A DNA stretch of 64,000 nt from Perna viridis. Lineage: Eukaryota. This document shows positions 60,001-64,000 of the stretch, one piece after another. The DNA lies in contig CM074518.1 in NCBI GenBank assembly GCA_037379345.1, forward strand, positions 7,440,001-7,504,000, given 5' to 3'. The notes beneath the pieces are model-generated. The model saw only the letters and a program-made list of their open reading frames with translations. It was not told where the DNA came from and made no database searches. A program made the translations under genes and the position numbers. The stretch's first letter is position 1; each line of letters begins with the position of its first letter.

Positions 60001-63000
60001 AGTGTAGGAGGAGAAACAGATGAGAGATGGATCCCCAATGTCCCCATATTTATAATTGAAAAGTCAATGTTACAAATGCATGTGAAACCTCGAAGTTGAT
60101 TCAGATTAAAATCTAAAACAGGTGGTTCACAATGAGAACATGTAATAAAGATTTTGTAAAAGTTTTTGGTAAATTTCCCATGTCCTCAAATTCATAAATG
60201 ACAAAGTTCATGTTATGCTATATTTAACACCTAAATTATTTCATTTCAAAATCTAAAAAAGGAGAAGCACAATGGAAACATGGAATTAAGATTCAGTGAA
60301 AGTTTCATTAAATTCCATTAAGACGGGCCCCTCCTTCCATTACGTAAAAGAAGGACGGACGGAAGGAAAGGCACCCATATCACTATACATCCTCCCTTTG
60401 CAAGTTGGAGGGGAGTTAATTTTAGAGTATGGTAATAATATAAACAAAAACATAATTTCTGAACCAATTCATGAGTGCTCTACTGAATTTTGATGAAACA
60501 AAGTTAGAATATTGACATGTTTGATAGCTACTAATACCTTTCTCTACAAGAAGTTTGACAACATCTGTCTTGCAATACATGGCAGCAGTGTGTAGAGCAG
60601 TTCCAGCTACAGTCTAAAATCATAGAACCACATAATAACTATCATTTTATGGAAATAACTTTCTATTGAGGTGTTACTTAACAAAATTAAACTCAGAGTT
60701 TCTGTAAATTGAAGAGGAGGGAAAAGATATTTTCAACTTGTCTTGTGAATTGAACATGTCTGTTATTTTGGATTTGACAAATTAACAAAATGGGGCATAA
60801 TATTTCATGCGTATACAAAGATTCAATAATTAAGTGCTCATCCTGATAAAACTATGTGCACTGAGTGTGTCAACTTAACTGGTAGGTTTGAATCAAACAC
60901 TTAAGATAATCTCACAGCATTGCACATACATGCATTATATATAATATTTACAATGTCTACTATCCAAATACTAATAAATGGTTAGTCTGATAAATGCAAT
61001 ACTCAAATTCAACCTTAATTTTAAGACGAGAAATGAATGAATGATATTCAATTAATACAAACTTTTGTGTTAATGTCAAATCCTGCATCCAGTAGAATAC
61101 TTATGATCTGTACGTGTCCACAGGCTGCAGCAAGATGTAAAGGTGAATGTGATGTCACTGTGTGCCTAACTAGGTCAGGTTGCTTAGTAACCAGCAATTG
61201 GACCACCTCATGTCGGCCATACTGTGCTGCTAGGTCAAGGGCAGATTCATCTTTTAAATTGCGAATTTTGGAGTCTGCATGGTTCTAAAAACAGAAATTG
61301 AGATAACAAAGATTCATGAGAGATTATTCTTCCTTATATTAATTTAATGCTGAAATACAATGCATATTTTCTATATATATATTTATATATACGTCTCAGA
61401 ATGTGACGACTCTTTTCGTTACACAGTTCCATCAATTCAAATTGATACTGGGAAGACAATGTAAGCAAAGAAGGGTCTGAAAAAAATGTTAGAACTGTCC
61501 AATTTGCGAAGCAAATTTTTGGTCATTCAATACGCAGGACTTGAACCCATACCGCTGTGACAAATAATGATGCAATACTATTAAACAAGATATCGGTGAG
61601 CCACGGCTCACTAGTGATACTCCTGCTTTCAATCACAATATCAGTAACATGAACAAAGTCCTCGGTAAACAAGAAATTATTGTTGAATTTTTCGGAAAAT
61701 GAATTCCACCATATGGCATAACTACAGAAAGAACCTTAAAATATCAAGCCACTGTGATCAATAGTTACTGAGAAAAATGCATCGAAAATTTAAACTCTCA
61801 AAAAAAAGTCCTCAGTAAACTGGAAATTGTTGCCCAATTTTTCCTAAAATCATAACCACCATATGGCATACCTACAGAAATGATGTGTTAAAATTTCAAA
61901 CCACTGAGATGAGTAGTTGCTGAGAAAACTGTAACGGAAAAAAGTGTTACGGTAACAGGGACAAGAGTAAAAGAGTATACCCCCTATCCTTCAGAGCAGG
62001 GGTATACTAAATATAGAAGTCTAAGAAGATTTGTAAAACAGTATCAATGAAAAGACGTTTCAAGGTAATTGACAAATATTACGACCAAGATATGGCCTTC
62101 TTCAGTGTCAAATAACAAGTGAGTGTAGGATCCTAGGGATTAGTAATTATCAGTTTTTTTCAAAAGAATCGTAATAAAATTCTAGCAACCAAAATATTTT
62201 TCTAATCTATAGAAACCAATTCTGTAACACTATCATAGCACTAGATACAGACATGAAAGACAATCTGTAGCAATATTCTTGGTAATAGCTGTTTTTCCAC
62301 CATGTTTTAGGGTCAACGACCTTACTATTAAGTTTTTAAAAGATATGCACATGTTTTTAAAAAAAAAAAATCATAATTGACTCTTTTATTAAAATACATT
62401 GATTTTTATCTTAAATGTTGACACATAATGAAAAGTATGTCCACAAAAGCAAATGTCAATATGTTCCATTGATTAATGTTGATAATATTGATAATGAAAA
62501 CTCTACTTCACAACATTTACAAAAAATTACAGGTAAGGAAAAATTTATACAACATAAGGTTAAGTATATCAATAGTCCTGTTATATCAGTCTTACTTATT
62601 TTCCTTAATTTTGTTACAATCAAATACTGATACGGTTCCCACTGTACATGTACAATCATAATACCAATATGGTCTTGACTGTACACATAATTTCAAATAT
62701 CTACTTGGACCCATCTGTACATGTAAAGCCAAAATATCAATATGATCTCCAATATACATGTACATTCAAAATATCAATATGGTCTTGAGTGTACACATAA
62801 TGCTAAAATATCTACATGGTTTGATCTGTACATGTAATGCCAAAATATCAATATGATCTCCAATGTACATTTTCATTCAAAATACCCCTTTGCTATGGAC
62901 TGTACACATAGTCAAAATAAATGTCTGGTCTAGGCTGTATAAGATTAGTCATGATATCTATATGGTCTGGAACACCTGTATTAAATGAATACCTTCAACA

Positions 63001-64000
63001 GAAGATCAACTACAACATTATATCCATACTGAGCAGCCATATGAAGTGCTGTGTCTCCTGAACTGTTCTGTAAAATAAAAGATAATACAATGTAACATTC
63101 CCGTTTCATGTTATCATGTGACCAGTAACAACATACTAATTGTGCTACAAAGTCTTTATAACATTCTTAAATCATGCTATTTTCTGTATCCAAAACTACA
63201 GCAATGATGGAACATTAACTGATACCCCACCAAGTACCGGGTAATGATGAAAAAAAAGGGATGGTAAAATGCTCAAATTGACCAAACTCAAAAACTATAT
63301 TTTGGATTTTGCTGAAAATTACACCTAACATGTATTTCATATTACTAAACAACTGTGCAGAGTGACTGGGTATAAAAACTACAGTAGAAATCATTTTTTT
63401 TCCTTCTCAAAAAGGCACTTGAAAATTCAAAAGGCACCATATTTGTAATTAACAATACATATATTTGTAATATCAATAATTATTTACTGCGTTCTCATCA
63501 ATGAAACATTCTGCATCATTAATTAGTCAACAAGTTTATCATTCTTTTAAGGACAACAAACTTTAAGTGTTATTAATCAACATGTATCTCTTATCAATGT
63601 AAAGATAACCAATATCAATGCCTTATCAAATAAATACAGGATTGTTTGGTATCAATGACGTACATGTAAATCAACATGTATCACCATCTTCTATTTACAT
63701 ATCCTCTGGTTAAGATCAGACAAACAGAAGTACAATAAACAAAGCATTACGATTGCACATTGATCTCATTAACTATACTTTCTCCATGGACTTCTCAAAT
63801 TTCAAAAATATAAACACTTAAGCAATTAAAAGACAAAACTGACTGATTTGTTTAAACATAATGTTTCATAGTTAAGTATTATGTGGACCTCCTATATGTT
63901 AATTCTTTTCCCAATCAGAGTTATATCATACATATAAAAATCGCCATACCTGAATGTCAACTGTATTACTGGAAGACCCAAACAACAGAAATAACTGAGA
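2871..64000 (-). CDS. ANKS1: Multi-exon gene (5'-truncated by the window): ankyrin repeat, SAM and PTB domain-containing adaptor, ANKS1A/ANKS1B (Odin/AIDA-1/EB-1) family
   Basis: 23 GT-AG exons join in one frame (4119 nt including stop). Domain order ANK-linker-SAM-SAM-PTB with family-typical motifs [79 protein letters not shown]. Confidence 0.93.
7265..7402 (-). CDS. ANKS1: ANKS1 exon, PTB ([17 protein letters not shown]...FAYITRD...[11 protein letters not shown])
   Basis: tactttcag acceptor, GCT|gtaagt donor, 138 nt, phase 0-0. Confidence 0.95.
7888..9090 (+). repeat. Degenerate dispersed repeat with satellite-like internal units (related copies at about 1-960 and 18355-18835)
   Basis: Recurring AAAATCAAT.CCAACC.TCCTTTTGTGG and GGCCCCTAATT motifs; similar head at 7888 and 18355. 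Confidence 0.45.
9122..9830. repeat. 36-bp minisatellite, about 19 copies
   Basis: Unit ~GATAACCCATCAGGACAGATACTGACATAAGTGTGT; produces the 12-aa periodic ORF 9123..9716. Confidence 0.92.
9918..10004 (-). CDS. ANKS1: ANKS1 exon, PTB ([29 protein letters not shown])
   Basis: ttcttctag acceptor, AAG|gttagc donor, 87 nt, phase 0-0. Confidence 0.95.
11546..12131. repeat. ~44-bp minisatellite, about 13 copies
   Basis: Unit ~GTGGTCTTTTCTCAGTACTGTTCCAGTCCCCATGAGTAAATACT. Confidence 0.92.
16245..16627. mobile_element. MITE candidate with 13-bp inverted repeats
   Basis: TTATTACCTAATT (16245) / AATTAGGTAATAA (16615); internal hairpin GTGCAATAG...CTATTGCAC. Confidence 0.4.
17041..17055 (-). CDS. ANKS1: Candidate 15-nt microexon (TIFTS) within the PTB domain
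   Basis: ttttttctttgaaacttag acceptor, gtaagt donor, in frame, phase 0-0. Confidence 0.4.
17922..17993 (-). CDS. ANKS1: ANKS1 exon, PTB ([24 protein letters not shown])
   Basis: attgtag acceptor, AAG|gtcagt donor, 72 nt, phase 0-0. Confidence 0.94.
18949..19077 (-). CDS. ANKS1: ANKS1 exon, start of PTB ([19 protein letters not shown])
   Basis: gttgtag acceptor, CAG|gtatat donor, 129 nt, phase 0-0; W.H.PE.L motif of this PTB subfamily. Confidence 0.93.
19425..19604 (-). CDS. ANKS1: ANKS1 exon, SAM-PTB linker (KKKSKVEDH...FHNNVQ)
   Basis: gttgtag acceptor, CAG|gtatgg donor, 180 nt open, phase 0-0. Confidence 0.82.
20431..20520 (-). CDS. ANKS1: ANKS1 exon, SAM2 C-half ([20 protein letters not shown])
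   Basis: ttttccag acceptor, CTG|gtagga donor, 90 nt, phase 0-0. Confidence 0.95.
20864..21000 (-). CDS. ANKS1: ANKS1 exon, SAM2 N-half ([18 protein letters not shown]...LWELELST)
   Basis: gttacag acceptor, ACA|gtaagt donor, 137 nt, phase 1-0. Confidence 0.94.
21586..21697 (-). CDS. ANKS1: ANKS1 exon, SAM1 C-half ([28 protein letters not shown])
   Basis: ttttcaaag acceptor, TAA|gtaagt donor, 112 nt, phase 0-1. Confidence 0.94.
22211..22323 (-). CDS. ANKS1: ANKS1 exon, SAM1 N-half ([29 protein letters not shown])
   Basis: ttacag acceptor, TTG|gtaggt donor, 113 nt, phase 1-0; SAM consensus. Confidence 0.95.
24040..24139 (-). CDS. ANKS1: ANKS1 exon ([33 protein letters not shown])
   Basis: cttctctag acceptor, CAG|gtaaat donor, 100 nt, phase 0-1; resembles the vertebrate EW.EIEKIMSSIG.GI motif (recalled). 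Confidence 0.85.
24599..24654 (-). CDS. ANKS1: ANKS1 candidate 56-nt exon ([19 protein letters not shown])
   Basis: aaattcacag acceptor, AAA|gtaagt donor, open, phase 1-0. Confidence 0.45.
26071..26155 (-). CDS. ANKS1: ANKS1 candidate alternative exon ([28 protein letters not shown]), paralog of exon 24040-24139
   Basis: ttcttacag acceptor, AAG|gtacta donor, 85 nt, phase 0-1; N-terminus resembles [10 protein letters not shown]. Confidence 0.65.
26603..26868 (-). CDS. ANKS1: ANKS1 exon ([10 protein letters not shown]...IYENV...FDDECEWNQ)
   Basis: Inside ORF 26597..26908; tttccag acceptor, CAG|gtatag donor, 266 nt, phase 1-0; completes FAG|LLRGS across a 24.8-kb intron. Confidence 0.88.
29162..29543. 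repeat. 55-bp minisatellite, 7 copies
   Basis: Unit ACCAACTGATAGGCAAACTCTAGTCATTGGTCAAAAGGTATAGCCAAAGGAACAA. Confidence 0.95.
30931..30982. repeat. (TGAT)n/(GATA)n microsatellite
   Basis: Directly visible. Confidence 0.85.
31680..32410. repeat. ~38-39-bp minisatellite, about 18 copies
   Basis: Unit ~GTCAGGCAAAACAAATGTTAACTGATACATTTCCTCTC. Confidence 0.92.
33914..34266. repeat. 35/45-bp minisatellite, about 9 copies
   Basis: Unit AGTTCTTCAGCTTTGTAGAGAGTGTGGTTTAATTGA with or without AAAGCACATT. Confidence 0.92.
35896..36240. mobile_element. Rearranged HINE-like copy (head forward, tail inverted)
   Basis: Family head at 35896, then a TTATACCCC/GGGGTATAA hairpin and inverted microsatellite and internal unit. 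Confidence 0.5.
36247..36617 (-). mobile_element. Retroelement 3' fragment, probably Penelope-like (Naiad-type)
   Basis: Dispersed repeat; starts with a degenerate frame [24 protein letters not shown] resembling RT C-termini of bivalve Penelope-like elements (recalled), then a 13-bp inverted-repeat-closed core and a GT-rich tail. Confidence 0.65.
38790..38978 (-). mobile_element. Degenerate RTE-clade LINE ORF C-terminus
   Basis: Translates [54 protein letters not shown], matching the RTE pattern W.P.GKR..GRP..TW...VE.E......W......A.DR..W; one internal stop; GC-richer than flanks. Confidence 0.65.
39226..39317. repeat. 27-bp tandem repeat, about 3.5 copies
   Basis: Unit ATGAGTCGAGTTGTCCCAGAATTGCCA. 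Confidence 0.9.
41272..42303. repeat. 42/29-bp minisatellite with higher-order structure
   Basis: Unit AGACCATATCTTAGTGAACGTTGGATGAG with or without AATCTTTCCATCA. Confidence 0.95.
45517..45901 (-). mobile_element. Third copy of the same retroelement 3' fragment
   Basis: Colinear with 36247-36617, with a small internal duplication (taactgaagtcataca x2). Confidence 0.75.
47011..47630 (+). mobile_element. Non-autonomous Helentron-associated (HINE/pearl-like) element with internal ~170-180-bp tandem units
   Basis: Head AACTAGAAAAACTGTGAGCAATGCTC, internal units starting near 47102, 47268 and 47450, (GACA)n tract, GGGGATAATAA end. Confidence 0.6.
48478..48702 (+). mobile_element. Internally deleted copy of the HINE-like family
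   Basis: Head ...TGAGCAATGATCACTAACTTGATAC and tail ATCACTATATACCC...GGGTACAAT. Confidence 0.5.
50554..51583. mobile_element. Foldback-like element with inverted, internally repetitive termini
   Basis: CAATTTGTCCC-type units at 50565-50645 mirror GGACAAATTG-type units at 51514-51578. Confidence 0.45.
51703..51994 (-). CDS. ANKS1: ANKS1 linker exon ([10 protein letters not shown]...DLEPFA(G))
   Basis: Inside ORF 51644..52102; ttgcag acceptor, CAG|gtaggt donor, 292 nt, phase 0-1. Confidence 0.87.
52247..52410 (-). CDS. ANKS1: ANKS1 linker exon ([32 protein letters not shown])
   Basis: ttttacag acceptor, TCA|gtaagt donor, 164 nt, phase 1-0. Confidence 0.87.
52739..53687 (-). CDS. ANKS1: ANKS1 large Ser-rich disordered linker exon ([10 protein letters not shown]...GDIR)
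   Basis: Inside ORF 52635..53702; ttttttcag acceptor, GAA|gtagga donor, 949 nt, phase 0-1. Confidence 0.85.
54040..54089 (-). CDS. ANKS1: ANKS1 50-nt linker exon ([17 protein letters not shown])
   Basis: atttaag acceptor, AAG|gtatac donor, phase 1-0; supplies the phase change needed between its neighbours. Confidence 0.7.
55890..56173 (-). CDS. ANKS1: ANKS1 Pro-rich linker exon (PEPAPRK, PPLPPK, PLLPPK)
   Basis: atttag acceptor, ATG|gtaaaa donor, 284 nt open, phase 2-1. Not in the supplied ORF track. Confidence 0.85.
56629..56872 (-). CDS. ANKS1: ANKS1 linker exon ([15 protein letters not shown]...PKPKPRPS...KIKNR)
   Basis: Inside ORF 56625..56951; ttttacag acceptor, TAG|gtaaag donor, 244 nt, phase 1-2. 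Confidence 0.85.
59131..59238 (-). CDS. ANKS1: ANKS1 exon, end of ankyrin region ([21 protein letters not shown]...IAKFIR)
   Basis: ttttttcag acceptor, GAG|gttaga donor, 108 nt, phase 1-1. Confidence 0.85.
59845..60417 (+). mobile_element. Same HINE-like family, second full copy
   Basis: Same head, repeated AAAATCTAAAA...TAATAAAGATT units, (GGAC/GGAA)n tract, terminal CTCCCT/AGGGAG hairpin. Confidence 0.6.
60538..60613 (-). CDS. ANKS1: ANKS1 exon, ankyrin repeat [25 protein letters not shown](G)
   Basis: attttag acceptor, AAG|gtatta donor, 76 nt, phase 0-1. Confidence 0.93.
61063..61284 (-). CDS. ANKS1: ANKS1 exon, two ankyrin repeats ([19 protein letters not shown]; [27 protein letters not shown])
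   Basis: tttttag acceptor, AAA|gtttgt donor, 222 nt, phase 0-0. Confidence 0.94.
61392..62008 (+). mobile_element. Different HINE/MITE-like element with two ~150-bp internal units
   Basis: AAAGTCCTC(G/A)GTAAAC...CCACCATATGGCATA.CTACAGAAA repeated near 61655 and 61805; terminal hairpin AGTATACCCC/GGGGTATACT. Confidence 0.55.
62630..62965. repeat. Degenerate ~37-bp repeat arranged as ~111-bp trimers
   Basis: TGTACACATA recurs at about 62680, 62790 and 62901, with TGTACATGTA variants between. Confidence 0.7.
62993..63067 (-). CDS. ANKS1: ANKS1 exon, ankyrin repeat [25 protein letters not shown]
   Basis: ttttacag acceptor, AAG|gtattc donor, 75 nt, phase 0-0, canonical GDTALH.AA..G motif. Confidence 0.93.
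63950..64000 (-). CDS. ANKS1: ANKS1 exon (partial, runs off window): [17 protein letters not shown], end of an ankyrin repeat
   Basis: Open frame to donor CAG|gtatgg, phase 0; continues into NSSGDTALH of the next exon. Confidence 0.75.

Noticed and set aside
61530-61560. B-box-like GGGTTCAAGTCC (minus strand) suggesting a tRNA
   Set aside because: No cloverleaf; lies in a repeat, at most a SINE remnant.

Overview
AT-rich animal genomic DNA; the repeat families suggest a bivalve, probably Mytilus (inference). Almost the whole window is one spliced minus-strand gene, an ANKS1A/ANKS1B (Odin/AIDA-1) family adaptor: ankyrin repeats, a long Pro/Ser/Tyr-rich linker, two SAM domains and a C-terminal PTB domain. 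I reconstructed 23 phase-compatible GT-AG coding exons by hand (about 1,370 codons) from the window edge at 64000 to the stop at 2871; the 5' end lies beyond the window. Most interesting are a duplicated pre-SAM motif exon plus a 56-nt frame-restoring exon (mutually exclusive or cassette splicing), candidate 15-nt microexons inside the PTB domain, two short tandem duplications that copy splice sites, and a Penelope-like retroelement 3' end (three copies) with a structured RNA core. Introns also hold minisatellites (one with higher-order structure), HINE/MITE-like elements, an RTE LINE remnant and CpG-rich patches. Most ORFs in the supplied track are spurious. I found no CRISPR array or prokaryotic-type system. 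Comparisons to vertebrate proteins and repeat families are from memory, not from searches.
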